Below are positions 50,371-60,960 of a stretch of DNA of 64,000 nt, piece after piece. The position numbers and the translations under genes are program-made. Positions within the stretch are counted from its first letter, which is position 1. Every line of letters starts with the position of its first letter. Origin of the DNA: Deferribacterales bacterium (GTDB lineage Bacteria; Chrysiogenota; Deferribacteres; Deferribacterales; Geovibrionaceae); contig JBFWJS010000002.1 of NCBI GenBank assembly GCA_050253075.1, positions 544,001-608,000 of the forward strand. Reading direction: 5' to 3'. Under the pieces are notes generated by a model, which worked only from the letters and a program-made list of their open reading frames with translations, was not told the origin of the DNA and searched no databases.

Positions 50371-50425
50371 TGAGACAGATTAATCCAAATATAAGAGTTA
50401 GGAAAGAATTAATATGTGTAGAAAC

Positions 50426-50455
50426 AAAAAAGGCTCACCCGAAGGTGAGCCTTTT
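50426..50455 (-). terminator. Strong (bidirectional) terminator after the porin gene
   Basis: AAAAGGCTCACC-TTCG-GGTGAGCCTTTTTT, UUCG tetraloop. Confidence 0.92.
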
Positions 50456-50486
50456 GATTATCATTGAACTTTAACTTAGTTCTAAA

Positions 50487-51773
50487 TTAGAAGCTAAGGT
50501 TAAGTGTGTTGATAAGACCGATAGCTGGGTCAACATCATAAGATGTGTCTGTATCAATTTCAGCATAGCCGAGTTTTACAGTGTAAGACATAGCATCTGT
50601 TATAGCGTAAGTAGCCATGATGTCGATTTCGAAAGCTGTAGCATCTTCGAATTCTGTATCTTCAAGTGTAGACACAGCGTAGAAAGCTCCACCTGTGATG
50701 TTAAATTTTGCGTTAACATCGTAAGAAGCGTAGAGACCGTTAGCCCATATACCAGCAAGACCGGAGTAACCGTCTATACCAAGTGTATTAGCAAGGTAGC
50801 CTTCATCACCAAGTACGAAGAGAAGGTCATCATCGAAGTCATCGCCCATGTCGTAAGCTTTGCCAGCATCTTCATCGAATGAAGAGTAAGCTGTGATGAA
50901 GCCAAGTTTAGCGCCAGCTACTTTTGTGTATATATTACCATAGATACCGTATGCGCTGTAATCATCAGCACCACTTACGTCTGTAGTAACATCATCGTAG
51001 TCGAATTCTAATTCGAATCCAACAGCACCGAGGTCACCGCCAACAGCGAGGTCGAAAGATACAACTGTATCGCCATCGTTATCGCCAGACTCTGCAGATG
51101 TAGCAGGAGCCATAACAACAAGACCTGTTGCAGGATCAAGTGAGTAAGAAGCAGCAGATGCTTCGTGGCCTTTTACTTTCTGAGAGTTGTTAGCGTATGT
51201 GAAAAGAGGAGCTACAGTGATACCGCTGAACTTGCCTGTGTAGCCAAGAGCGTAAAGGTCACCATCATCTTTCTCTTTATCTTCGTAGTCGCCGATGTTG
51301 TTGCTTTCAGAAGATTTCTGAACGAAAGCGATTACTTTACCAACTGTCACTGGGATTGTAGCTTTAATTCTGTATTTACCTTCTACGTTGTTACCAAAGT
51401 TGTATGACCAGCCGCCGCCGTTCATAAGACCAACTTCGAGAAGAACAGAACCGAAGTTATGTCCCATCCAAGCTCTCTGTACAGAGAACTGTGTTTGGTC
51501 AGCGTAGTCACCGTCGCTAGCTGGGCTTCCTTCCCATGTTCCATCAAGGAACTCGAATTTAGCTTTGAAGAATGTGTCTTTGTCAACCTGAGCGTTCAGC
51601 CAAAGGTCGAAGTCGTGCTCGTAGAATCTCTGAGTGTAATCAGAATCCTCAGATCCCTCTACGTTGTCAAGGTATTTACCGGATACTTCATAAGCACCGG
51701 AGAATGTGATGTCAGCAGCAAATGCTGTAGCAGCAAAAGCTACCATCATGAGAGCAACAAGAAGTTTTCTCAT
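50487..51773 (-). CDS. Major outer-membrane porin-like beta-barrel
   Basis: Signal peptide (ATAFA), amphipathic beta-strands, terminal Phe, acidic loops, codon usage like the ribosomal protein genes. Confidence 0.85.
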   Translation of the reverse strand: MRKLLVALMMVAFAATAFAADITFSGAYEVSGKYLDNVEGSEDSDYTQRFYEHDFDLWLNAQVDKDTFFKAKFEFLDGTWEGSPASDGDYADQTQFSVQRAWMGHNFGSVLLEVGLMNGGGWSYNFGNNVEGKYRIKATIPVTVGKVIAFVQKSSESNNIGDYEDKEKDDGDLYALGYTGKFSGITVAPLFTYANNSQKVKGHEASAASYSLDPATGLVVMAPATSAESGDNDGDTVVSFDLAVGGDLGAVGFELEFDYDDVTTDVSGADDYSAYGIYGNIYTKVAGAKLGFITAYSSFDEDAGKAYDMGDDFDDDLLFVLGDEGYLANTLGIDGYSGLAGIWANGLYASYDVNAKFNITGGAFYAVSTLEDTEFEDATAFEIDIMATYAITDAMSYTVKLGYAEIDTDTSYDVDPAIGLINTLNLSF

Positions 51774-51869
51774 TTCTTTTCCTCCTGTAGGTTTTTACAT
51801 TTTAAAGGCGTTAACCTTTTTTTCTCTTTCTATCTGTATACAGTCTACTGCATACATATAATCGTTGTG

Positions 51870-51898
51870 ATGCTACCACAGCAAAAATGCCCTGTCAA
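51870..51898 (-). promoter_or_regulatory. sigma70 promoter of the porin gene
   Basis: TTGACA-N17-TAGCAT with extended -10 TG. Confidence 0.75.
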
Positions 51899-52140
51899 CA
51901 TCAAACACGATTTTTTTTATCCTGCATGACATACACTTATATGAAACCTGCCGTACACAGGTGTATACTTTTTTAAACAGCTAAGCATATAATATGTATC
52001 TCTTTTAAAACAGTATGTGGTTTTCAAACAACTTTCAGCCTCTTAGTGTATCGTCCTTTATTACGAACACTTTAGATAAACGATAATCTTTTTTTTATCT
52101 ATACCCTGTTCGAGGCAGGCTAATTAATTAGTTATTAAAG

Positions 52141-52157
52141 AGCATATTACGTGCCAA
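52141..52157 (-). promoter_or_regulatory. sigma54 (-24/-12) promoter motif
   Basis: TTGGCACGTAATATGCT: GG-N10-GC with a perfect TGGCACG. Confidence 0.65.
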
Positions 52158-52158
52158 A

Positions 52159-53778
52159 TTATTTTGTTTCAATATATATAAACTGTGACCTGTCTCCGGA
52201 CATCATGCTCTCGCTGAAATTTCTCAACAGGAACAGATATGTTCTGCCGAATTCCTCATACATATAGTAATCAGAGATGACAGGCTCCATAATATCAGAG
52301 TACCAGAGGTTACTGATCCTTCTGCCGTCCCATCTATATATTGCGAAACGAGAACCTTCATACCCGTGAGCCTGAAGGAGCATTTTATATTTCTTTTCAT
52401 TCTGAACGAGGTAGATGTTGCCGTCGGAGTTAACAAACACCCTCCCCTTTATGTATTTCTTGTGGTTTTCAAATGTGAAAGGATCATCCTCGCCTTTACC
52501 TGACTTGCGCTCCACCTCATCATCGACCACTTCATTTTTGAGGATAAAGAAATAAGGTGTCTGACCAAATTCTTCCAGAGAAGTATATTTGAGACTTGAG
52601 CCATTATAAACATTCAGCCTGTAATCTTCACCGATGTGGAAGACTTCGTTCGTACCGTCGTTGTCCAGATCGCTGTATCCGAATCCGTATATGTTAACAT
52701 CTCTGCTGGATGAAACAGCAGGTCCTCGCTCGTATACACCATTAGAAACAACCAGCTTGTGAACCATACCTATATAGTTACCTGTGGTTGATATCTTCTG
52801 AGCTAAGACGCTCTTAACACCCTTTACGTGTGTGGTGCGGAAGATGTAAGGCATATTTGTCTCGAGTTCGGCAAATCTGCTGCCGTTATATTCATATATA
52901 GCTGAGCTGATGTTTGTGTTGTACTTAAGCTCAGTGACGAATATCTCGTCTACGCCGTCTTCATCCATATCAGCAAGCTCTACGTTCTGAATATTGTCGA
53001 ATTTAACGCCGAGGTCTCCGGCAGGCTGGAACTCCTTACCTGTGAATACATAAAAGTCCACGCCTTCTTTATCTGCCGCTGCTATATATATATTACCGTC
53101 CTGCTTTACATGGCCTACGGCAATGGATTTATATGTCTTGTCTATCGCTTTGCTGCGGAGTATGTCTTTCGTTGCCAGAGCTGTCCCGCCGGTGAGGTTT
53201 ATATCCTGATCTGAAAAGTATCTGGAATAGACCAGAGCCCCTGACTTACTGTCGGAGACGGTATATCCTATGCCGCCCTCTTCCTGCTGTGTGAATGTCA
53301 GCGTGAGCGGAGCAGAGTCTTTTATCATAATATTTCTGGCATTGCTGAGCTCTTCCTTAAGGAGCAGCTCAAGACGCACGGGGAGCTTCTCTATCTTAAC
53401 AGCCACTTCTATAGGCGGATTCATAGTGAGGATATCGCCCGGCTTAACCGCACGCACCTGCTTTGTGATCTTCGCATTGGAATATCCGTCGAAGACCTCG
53501 CTGATCTGTATGTCGCCTATGTAAATCTTTTTATTTCCGAGAACCTGCTTTGTGATGGGGTGTATGATAGGTTCGCTCTGGCGGTATATCTTCATATCCA
53601 GACCGTCATAGACACCTTTATCCCTGCCGAGGTCAGTGATCATATCACTATCTTCGACACTGACGACATAGCCTGTAAATCTCTCAAACATCTGGTCGAT
53701 GTCGTCTGTCAGCTTCTCAAATCTTGCGAATGCAAGTGACGGAATCAGTATCAGTAGTAATAAAAAGATTCTTTTCAT
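52159..53778 (-). CDS. Exported protein with FlgT-C-like beta domain and FG-GAP/VCBS-like repeats
   Basis: Signal peptide; DLGRDKGVYDG..IIHPIT; ADMDEDGVDEIFV and SDLDNDGTNEV repeats. Confidence 0.75.
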   Translation of the reverse strand: MKRIFLLLLILIPSLAFARFEKLTDDIDQMFERFTGYVVSVEDSDMITDLGRDKGVYDGLDMKIYRQSEPIIHPITKQVLGNKKIYIGDIQISEVFDGYSNAKITKQVRAVKPGDILTMNPPIEVAVKIEKLPVRLELLLKEELSNARNIMIKDSAPLTLTFTQQEEGGIGYTVSDSKSGALVYSRYFSDQDINLTGGTALATKDILRSKAIDKTYKSIAVGHVKQDGNIYIAAADKEGVDFYVFTGKEFQPAGDLGVKFDNIQNVELADMDEDGVDEIFVTELKYNTNISSAIYEYNGSRFAELETNMPYIFRTTHVKGVKSVLAQKISTTGNYIGMVHKLVVSNGVYERGPAVSSSRDVNIYGFGYSDLDNDGTNEVFHIGEDYRLNVYNGSSLKYTSLEEFGQTPYFFILKNEVVDDEVERKSGKGEDDPFTFENHKKYIKGRVFVNSDGNIYLVQNEKKYKMLLQAHGYEGSRFAIYRWDGRRISNLWYSDIMEPVISDYYMYEEFGRTYLFLLRNFSESMMSGDRSQFIYIETK

Positions 53779-53810
53779 TTATATCTCCAAAATATGTTTA
53801 CTAAACAAAG

Positions 53811-53924
53811 GTCATTGCGAGCCTCAAGGAGGCGTGGCAATCTTCCAAGTTATAGGATTCCTAGCCAAATATTAATATTCAAAACGGTATCAGATTGCTT
53901 CGTCACTGCGCTCCTCGCAATGAC
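53811..53924. repeat. GTC-tagged palindromic repeat doublet, copy 4
   Basis: GTC-ATTGC-GAG...CGTG-GCAAT-CT...AG-ATTGC-TTCG...CTC-GCAAT-GAC. Confidence 0.87.
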
Positions 53925-53929
53925 TTAAA

Positions 53930-55249
53930 TTAGAGGACGTATCTGCTGAGATCCCTGTCCTCTACAATATCCTTCAGATGGTCGTTCACATACTGCTCGT
54001 CCACCGTTACTTTATTGGTCTCAACATCGGGCGCTTCATATGATATCTCTTCAAGGAGCTTTTCCACGATGGTGTGCAGTCGCCTTGCGCCGATGTTTTC
54101 CAGCGAACGGTTAAGTTCGTCTGCCATCTCAGCTATGCGCTGTATCCCTTCGTCGGTGAATGATACTTCAACACCGTCCGCACCCAACAGTGCAGTATAC
54201 TGCCTTGTGAGTGAATTTTCCGGTTCTTTAAGTATACGGACGAATTCTTCGGCAGTGAGGCTGTCCAGCTCTACCCTGATAGGGAAACGTCCCTGAAGCT
54301 CAGGGATGAGGTCAGTAGGCTTCGCCATATGGAAGGCACCTGCCGCTATGAACAGTATATGATCCGTACGGATCATGCCGTATTTTGTATTAACGGTTGA
54401 GCCCTCGACGATAGGCAGAAGGTCACGCTGAACCCCCTCTCGGGAGATGTCGCCCCCCTTTGTACCCGTGGAATGGCTCACACATATCTTATCTATCTCA
54501 TCCAGAAAGATGATGCCGCTCTGCTCCACCCTTTCTGCTGCGATGTCTTTCACATCGTCCATATCTATGAGGCGGTTTGTCTCCTGCTGTTCCAGGATGG
54601 TAAGTGCCTCGGCGACTTTCATTTTACGTTTGCGTTTCTTAGCTGGGAAGATGTTCTTCATCATGTCGCCCAGCCCGGCGCCCATATCTTCCATCCCCAT
54701 GTTTGTAAACACTTCGACCTGCGGCGCAGCGTCCTCAACCTCAACCTCGACCATGCGCTCATTGAGCTCGCCGTTGATGAGTTTTGTCCTCAGCTTGTCC
54801 CTTGTGCCTGTCTCCTGCTCTGCAAAGCCTGTGGTCGAAGGGAGCAGAAGGTCGAGCACACGCTCGATGGTGTTCTCTTTCGCCTTGTCTATGACGCTTG
54901 ATTTCTTCTCTTCCTTGACCATGCCTACGGCTATCTCTACGAGGTCGCGAACCATGCTTTCGACATCACGTCCCACATAGCCCACTTCCGTGTATTTGCT
55001 GGCCTCGACTTTTATAAATGGTGATTTTGCGAGTTTTGCGAGGCGTCTTGCCACCTCGGTCTTACCCACGCCGGTGGGCCCGATAAGGATGATATTTTTA
55101 GGCGCTATTTCGTCCTGCAGATATTTAGGCAGCTGCAGTCTTCTGTATCTGTTTCTCATGGCGACAGCGACGGCCTTCTTGGCATTGTGCTGCCCTACCA
55201 CGTATTTATCTAATTCTTCTACGATTTTCTTGGGGGTATAGGATTCCAT
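53930..55249 (-). CDS. hslU: ATP-dependent protease ATPase subunit HslU
   Basis: [32 protein letters not shown]. Confidence 0.99.
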   Translation of the reverse strand: MESYTPKKIVEELDKYVVGQHNAKKAVAVAMRNRYRRLQLPKYLQDEIAPKNIILIGPTGVGKTEVARRLAKLAKSPFIKVEASKYTEVGYVGRDVESMVRDLVEIAVGMVKEEKKSSVIDKAKENTIERVLDLLLPSTTGFAEQETGTRDKLRTKLINGELNERMVEVEVEDAAPQVEVFTNMGMEDMGAGLGDMMKNIFPAKKRKRKMKVAEALTILEQQETNRLIDMDDVKDIAAERVEQSGIIFLDEIDKICVSHSTGTKGGDISREGVQRDLLPIVEGSTVNTKYGMIRTDHILFIAAGAFHMAKPTDLIPELQGRFPIRVELDSLTAEEFVRILKEPENSLTRQYTALLGADGVEVSFTDEGIQRIAEMADELNRSLENIGARRLHTIVEKLLEEISYEAPDVETNKVTVDEQYVNDHLKDIVEDRDLSRYVL

Positions 55250-55256
55250 CTGAGAT

Positions 55257-55802
55257 TTACATCTCCTCTACTATTATGTTGTCGTTAGTATATATGCAGA
55301 TATCCGCCGCAATAAGCAGCGCTTTTCTGACAATTTCAGCGGGTGAAAGTTCGGTATTTTGAATAAGTGCAATGGCAGAAGCCTGAGCAAAAGGTCCGCC
55401 TGAACCTATCGCCGCTACACCGTTCTGAGGCTCGACTACGTCACCGTTCCCGGTGAGGATATAAAGCTCTTTTTCATCGGCCACGATCATCATAGCCTCG
55501 AGAGCTCTGAGGTATTTATCCGTACGCCAATCCTTAGCCAGCTCAACAGCCGCACGCAGAAGCTGCCCGCCGTGCTGTTCCAGCTTTGCCTCGAAACGTT
55601 CCATCAGCGTAAATGCATCCGCAGTGGAACCTGCGAATCCGCAAATTACCTTATTATTATATACTTTACGCACCTTCTTTGCGTTATGCTTAAGCACCGT
55701 ATTACCGAAGGTGACCTGTCCGTCAGCACCGATTGCTGTTTTTCCGTCTTTTTTAACTGCGACTACAGTAGTTCCTTTCATCATATCCGGCATTTTTACC
55801 AC
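55257..55802 (-). CDS. hslV: ATP-dependent protease subunit HslV
   Basis: [28 protein letters not shown]; exact start uncertain (55802, 55793 or 55781). Confidence 0.98.
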   Translation of the reverse strand: MVKMPDMMKGTTVVAVKKDGKTAIGADGQVTFGNTVLKHNAKKVRKVYNNKVICGFAGSTADAFTLMERFEAKLEQHGGQLLRAAVELAKDWRTDKYLRALEAMMIVADEKELYILTGNGDVVEPQNGVAAIGSGGPFAQASAIALIQNTELSPAEIVRKALLIAADICIYTNDNIIVEEM

Positions 55803-55938
55803 TCAAACAGACATAGGTGCAAGACAAAAATGTGTGAACCGTCAATATATCCATATATACCATTTCTATTTGCATCGTTTTGAAATATAGGATATTCTGA
55901 AAAGCTGTACTTAAAAAGCTCGGGCGGTTTTGGGGTAG

Positions 55939-56562
55939 ATGAAAAGTCTTTTTATAAGATTAGTTCTTAGGTTATACATTTCGACATTCCGCTACAACCT
56001 CGTAGTGGATGAAGAAGTGAACAGGCTTGCCTCCGAAGGCAAAAGGCTTGTCTTCTTCATATGGCATAATCAGCTTGCCCTCACACTCGCCAAAAGCGGT
56101 GCTTTCAAATTTGTCACTATGGTTTCACGCAGCAAAGACGGCGATCTGGTCGCACCTCTCATAGAGAGCTTCGGTCACAAGGTCGTCAGGGCATCATCGT
56201 CAAAAGGCGCCAGCGCAGGCGTTATGGAGATGCTGGGGCATATGGGCGGCGGATTCCACGGAGCAATGGCAGCAGACGGACCGAAAGGCCCCGTCTATGA
56301 AGCAAAGCCGGGGGCTCTGTATCTGGCGAAAAAGGCAGACAGCATCCTTGTCCCCGTACTGGGAAACTGTAAAAGCTTCTTCCGCTTCAACAGCTGGGAC
56401 AAGTTCATAATGCCGAAGCCGTTTGCAAAGATAGACCTGCACGTTTTCGCCCCGATAATGCTCAGTGACTCGATGGAAAAAGACGACGTAGAGAAAGAAC
56501 TTAAAGACGTACAAAATAAGATCATGGAAATGACACGTGTTTATTCTAAAGACATTATATAA
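55939..56562 (+). CDS. DUF374 acyltransferase (LpxJ-like)
   Basis: IWH, MVSRSKDG, DGPKGP, FNSWDKFIMPKPF. Confidence 0.85.
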   Translation: MKSLFIRLVLRLYISTFRYNLVVDEEVNRLASEGKRLVFFIWHNQLALTLAKSGAFKFVTMVSRSKDGDLVAPLIESFGHKVVRASSSKGASAGVMEMLGHMGGGFHGAMAADGPKGPVYEAKPGALYLAKKADSILVPVLGNCKSFFRFNSWDKFIMPKPFAKIDLHVFAPIMLSDSMEKDDVEKELKDVQNKIMEMTRVYSKDII

Positions 56563-57760
56563 CCTCGCAATAGCCGCCATTGTGCCTGTTGCCGTGCCTG
56601 TGGGATACATAGTAGCTCTCAAGCGCAAAGAGGACGAAGACTACTTTCAGCGTTTCGGCATGATAAACCTGCCTGAACCGACGGAAAAGAGCATCTGGTT
56701 CCACTGTGCCAGCGTGGGAGAGGTGCGCAGTCTTAAATCTGCACTGGAATACATCCGTGCGGAATTCCCCGACATAGACGTAATAATCAGCACAACCACA
56801 GCCACAGGTAAAAAGATGGCGAACGCAGAGCTTGAGCCCTATTTCGCTTTCCTTCTTCCTTTGGAAAACTCTATGGCGATAGAACACATCATAGAATACA
56901 TGAGCGTCAAAGCCGTTTTCATCGTGGATACGGAGCTATGGCCGAATATGATCCGCATAGCATCAAAACGCTCAAAGCTGTATCTGCTGAACGGCAGGAT
57001 ATCCGATAAAACATTCGAAAACTATAAGCGTTTCAGCTTCCTGTTCAAAAGACTCCTCGGTAAATTCGAGATAATATTCACTAAAAGCGACGAAGACACA
57101 GAGAAATTCGCCTCAATCAAGGGTGACAAAAACAATATCGTCACAATGGGTAATATAAAGTTTCAGTCCCGAGCGGAAAAGATCGACAGCGGCATCTTCA
57201 ACTTTATAAGAAACCACCGCATCTTCGCCGCTGCCAGCACCCACGCACAGGAAGAAGAAACTATAATAAAAGCATTCATAAAGCAGAACAGATGCGACCG
57301 CATGGTTCTCGCCCCCAGACACATAAACCGTGCTCAGGAAGCAGTGAAGATGTGCAGAGAGCTCGGGCTCACAGCCAGCCTGCTGGCAGAGCGTGACGGC
57401 GCAACGGATGTCGTCGTCATAGACAGGTTCGGCACACTGGAGGAGCTTTTCATCTTTTCCGAAAAGGTCTTCGTGGGCGGTTCATTAAATGACACTGGCG
57501 GGCACAACATCTTCGAGGCTCTCCAGTTTGAAAAGATCACCTGCACCGGACCAAACATGAAGAACTTTCAGGAGATATCCGAACTCGCAGATAAATTCGG
57601 CGTAAGAGCCGTAGCAGAAAACGAAGACGAGCTGGCGGAATTCCTCGATAAAGACTGTAAAAAAGCAGACTTCGACGGATTCTTCGAAGCTCTCGACTCC
57701 GACAGAGCAAACAAGCTGGAATACATCAAAGAGGTACTCTCGGGTGTATCTGATAATTAG
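56537..57760 (+). CDS. waaA: Kdo transferase
   Basis: IWFHCASVGE, TELWPN, AASTH, LAPRH, FVGGS..GGHN. Confidence 0.95.
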   Translation: MFILKTLYNLAIAAIVPVAVPVGYIVALKRKEDEDYFQRFGMINLPEPTEKSIWFHCASVGEVRSLKSALEYIRAEFPDIDVIISTTTATGKKMANAELEPYFAFLLPLENSMAIEHIIEYMSVKAVFIVDTELWPNMIRIASKRSKLYLLNGRISDKTFENYKRFSFLFKRLLGKFEIIFTKSDEDTEKFASIKGDKNNIVTMGNIKFQSRAEKIDSGIFNFIRNHRIFAAASTHAQEEETIIKAFIKQNRCDRMVLAPRHINRAQEAVKMCRELGLTASLLAERDGATDVVVIDRFGTLEELFIFSEKVFVGGSLNDTGGHNIFEALQFEKITCTGPNMKNFQEISELADKFGVRAVAENEDELAEFLDKDCKKADFDGFFEALDSDRANKLEYIKEVLSGVSDN

Positions 57761-58622
57761 AGCGGCATACGCCGTTTTCAGCCGACTCCCACTGCGAACT
57801 CTCCACACCATAGGAAACATCACAGGCGGCATCATGTATCATCTGCTGAAAGGCAGGCGTGCCGTAGCCGAAAAAAACTGTGAGATAATAGGCATCCCAT
57901 CAGCCAACATAGAGAAGACCGTCAAAAGCTCATTCAGACAAACATTCTGCTCATACCTTGAATCATTTTACGTAAAAAACATCGACCGGAAATTCTTAGA
58001 TGAAAATGTAGACGTGGTATACATGGGCGAACGCCCCGATACAAATGCATGCTTTATGGTCTCTGCCCATTTCGGCGCATGGGAGCTTTCCCCATACATA
58101 ATGACAAAGAAACTAGGGCTGAAAGGTGCGGCAGTAGCCAGAAAGATAAAAGACCCAAAAGTAGACAAATTCATACTCAGCCAGAGGGTAAACTCTGACG
58201 TGGCATATATACACCACAGGAACGCTACGGACACCATAAGGGAATATATGGACAGGGGCGAGGCTGTCGGCGTACTCCTCGACCACAGCTCTATGCCGAA
58301 GGACAGCATGACCGTCCCATTCTTCGGGCTGGAGACCACCTTTATAAAGGGCATCCCGCTGCTCTCCGTACGCAGGGACTACCCTATCCTCCCCGCATTT
58401 ATCCTGAGAGAGAACGGTAAGTATAAGCTGATAACTTATCCACTGATATACCCTGATAAATCCTTAAAACCTAAAGAGAGAGCGTACGATATCGCCCTTA
58501 AAATAAATCGTTTATACGAAGAGATGATAAGACAATACCCTGATCAGTGGTACTTGATACACAAGAGATTTAAACGTGTCGCAGACGAAAACGGAAAGCT
58601 CAGGAAAGGAATCTATTCATAA
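57744..58622 (+). CDS. Lipid A secondary acyltransferase (LpxL/HtrB family)
   Basis: SAHFGAWE, VPFFG, YPDQWYLIHKRFK. Confidence 0.9.
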   Translation: MYLIIRAAYAVFSRLPLRTLHTIGNITGGIMYHLLKGRRAVAEKNCEIIGIPSANIEKTVKSSFRQTFCSYLESFYVKNIDRKFLDENVDVVYMGERPDTNACFMVSAHFGAWELSPYIMTKKLGLKGAAVARKIKDPKVDKFILSQRVNSDVAYIHHRNATDTIREYMDRGEAVGVLLDHSSMPKDSMTVPFFGLETTFIKGIPLLSVRRDYPILPAFILRENGKYKLITYPLIYPDKSLKPKERAYDIALKINRLYEEMIRQYPDQWYLIHKRFKRVADENGKLRKGIYS

Positions 58623-59343
58623 GAGCCCCAAGTATAAACTGAACGAGCTTATACCCAGCCACAAAGACCAGAAGAGCAAATATGCCGAGTATCACACCGA
58701 AATATATGAAGCTGTCCGGCGCTTTCAGCACCGTGCTCATCAGTGAATCCTGATAATAGAAAAACCACTTATGCCCCTCTGGGAAGACCATTCGGTGCAG
58801 AGCGTAAAATATCGACACAAAGCCGAACTTGCTCACTGCCAGCCATAAAGCACCGCCCAGCAGAGCACCGCTCCACGCCAGAGCAGTCAGACCATACGGC
58901 CTGTAACGCCCGTATATCATAATACCGACGACAGAAAGCAGCATTATAAGCATCAGCCTCCAGAAAGACCTGAGCAGACTTATCAGATCCGCCACGTCCT
59001 GCAGGTGAACCACTTCGTCCGGTGTCAGCAGTGCTTTTTTGCCGTTTCGACCTGCGGGGTATGTTATCTCTGCGAGACCTTCGCCGTCATTTTCAACAGA
59101 TTTCAGCATTTCAGAGAACATCTTCATATGTGTTCCGCTGCCGACAAATGCGAAGTCAGCCTTGCCCATTCTGTTCTGCGGGGCGAATTTCAGCACGTGT
59201 CCGTGTATGTCTGTCATCTGGTAAATAACAGGGAAGAAGAAGTAGTTAGAGTAAGAGATGTACCAGCCAGCAAAAAGAGCATAGTACACGAGCGTAGCAA
59301 TAAGGAGGAGATTCAGCAGAAACCTATTCGTCGTTCTCATCAT
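58600..59343 (-). CDS. DUF1461 (Lit-like) membrane protein
   Basis: Four TM segments; EVVHLQDV and FYALHRMVF..W.F motifs. Confidence 0.7.
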   Translation of the reverse strand: MMRTTNRFLLNLLLIATLVYYALFAGWYISYSNYFFFPVIYQMTDIHGHVLKFAPQNRMGKADFAFVGSGTHMKMFSEMLKSVENDGEGLAEITYPAGRNGKKALLTPDEVVHLQDVADLISLLRSFWRLMLIMLLSVVGIMIYGRYRPYGLTALAWSGALLGGALWLAVSKFGFVSIFYALHRMVFPEGHKWFFYYQDSLMSTVLKAPDSFIYFGVILGIFALLVFVAGYKLVQFILGALMNRFLS

Positions 59344-59512
59344 TATTAGTCTTATCTACATCCTTATCTTTTTTAGCATAATACACCAAAAAGGCTATAA
59401 AACCGGCAAGTGCGAGCAGCACCAGAACCTTCTGGATATTCATCCCCGAAGAACTGAAATGCTCATGCGCTGCGGTCAGCCTGTCGGCGGGGGTAACAGT
59501 TAAAAAATCCAT
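59324..59512 (-). CDS. Small single-pass membrane protein
   Basis: RBS GAGGG; one TM segment then charged tail; overlaps the next gene by 20 nt. Confidence 0.6.
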   Translation of the reverse strand: MDFLTVTPADRLTAAHEHFSSSGMNIQKVLVLLALAGFIAFLVYYAKKDKDVDKTNNDENDE

Positions 59513-59667
59513 ATCAAGCCCTCTTATAAAAAGTTTATAACAAAAAGATATATTTTTAAAGCCCCACTATTGTTTTTTCTATGAAATATGATTCGGATGG
59601 GCTAGAAAAACCTTGAACTAATATGTGGAATATGCTTTTAATATTAATTTCACAGCTTCAGGGTATT

Positions 59668-59748
59668 GTCATCCTGAGCACCTGCGAAGGATCTGTGTAA
59701 TGAGCCGTATTTCGCTTTTTCCGGATTCTTCACTCCGTTCAGAATGAC
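59668..59748. repeat. GTC-tagged palindromic repeat doublet, copy 5
   Basis: GTC-ATCCT-GAGCACCTGCGA-AGGAT-CT...GG-ATTCT-TCACTCCGTTC-AGAAT-GAC. Confidence 0.85.
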
Positions 59749-59789
59749 AGCCTATATACAGGAGCTGGCAATAAACATATAGGTGGTAT

Positions 59790-60959
59790 ATGTCCGCGAT
59801 CTTTAAAAATTATTCGCGCTACCCGCTCACTTTTGTAAAGGGTGAAGGGTGCAGACTCACTGATGACAAAGGCGATACTTACATCGACTTTGGAAGCGGC
59901 ATATCTGTTGTTAACCTCGGCCACTCGTTCACACCCGTGACAGAGGCAATTTGCAAACAGGCAGGCACGCTTATCCACACATCCAATTTGTACAATCTCC
60001 CTGTACAGGAGCGACTTGCGGATAAACTGAGCCGACGATCCTTTGGCGGAGACGTATTCTTCTGCAACTCCGGTATGGAGGCAAACGAGGCAGCCCTTAA
60101 ACTGGCACGTATATACGGCAACACCCACTACGAAGGCAAAAGGCTGAGAGTGATAACGCTGGAAAACTCTTTCCACGGACGCTCATACATGACACTCTCT
60201 GCCACAGGGCAGGAAAAGGTTAAAAAAGGATTCGAGCCGGTGGCCGACTTCTTTAACCATATCCCAGTGAACGACTTCTCAGCTTTTAAAGCGGAAGCGG
60301 ACAAGGGCGATGTGGTGGCTTTCATGCTGGAGCTCGTACAGGGCGAAGGCGGACTTGAAGCCGTTAATGCCGAATATCTGAAAGAGTGCGCCGATTACTG
60401 CAAGGAAAAAGGCATCCTGCTCATCTTCGATGAAATACAGACAGCCTTTTGCAGGACAGGAACATTCTTCGCATATGAGCAGTACGGCATAGAGCCTGAT
60501 GTGATCACATTGGCGAAGGGTATAGCGAACGGCGTCCCTATGGGCGCAATGATAGCAAAGCCCGAAGTGGCAAAATTTCTCGCACCGGGCACACACGGCA
60601 CGACATTCGGCGGAAACATGCTCGCATGCGCCGCAGCGGATGCTGTGTTTGAAACGATGAATGCAGACGGCTTCCTCGAAAGCGTTGCCGACAAGGGCGC
60701 ATACATGCGTGAGGCTCTGGAGAACATCTTCGAAGGCTCTGACGTCACAGTCAGGGGCATCGGCATGATGCTCGGGGTGAAAGTACCGGGCAAGCAGAAG
60801 GAATTCATCGCTAAAGCTATGGAAAATAAGATTTTGTTCGTTCCCGCAGGGAATGACGTGGTGCGTATATACGCTCCTCTTAATATATCTCAGGAAGACC
60901 TCGACACGGGGCTCGAACTGATAAGCAAAACCGCCTCAGACCTGGGGCTGGGAGGCTGA
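59790..60959 (+). CDS. argD: Acetylornithine aminotransferase
   Basis: FFCNSGMEANE, SFHGR, FDEIQT, TLAKG, HGTTFGGN; upstream of argF and argG. Confidence 0.95.
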   Translation: MSAIFKNYSRYPLTFVKGEGCRLTDDKGDTYIDFGSGISVVNLGHSFTPVTEAICKQAGTLIHTSNLYNLPVQERLADKLSRRSFGGDVFFCNSGMEANEAALKLARIYGNTHYEGKRLRVITLENSFHGRSYMTLSATGQEKVKKGFEPVADFFNHIPVNDFSAFKAEADKGDVVAFMLELVQGEGGLEAVNAEYLKECADYCKEKGILLIFDEIQTAFCRTGTFFAYEQYGIEPDVITLAKGIANGVPMGAMIAKPEVAKFLAPGTHGTTFGGNMLACAAADAVFETMNADGFLESVADKGAYMREALENIFEGSDVTVRGIGMMLGVKVPGKQKEFIAKAMENKILFVPAGNDVVRIYAPLNISQEDLDTGLELISKTASDLGLGG

Positions 60960-60960
60960 T

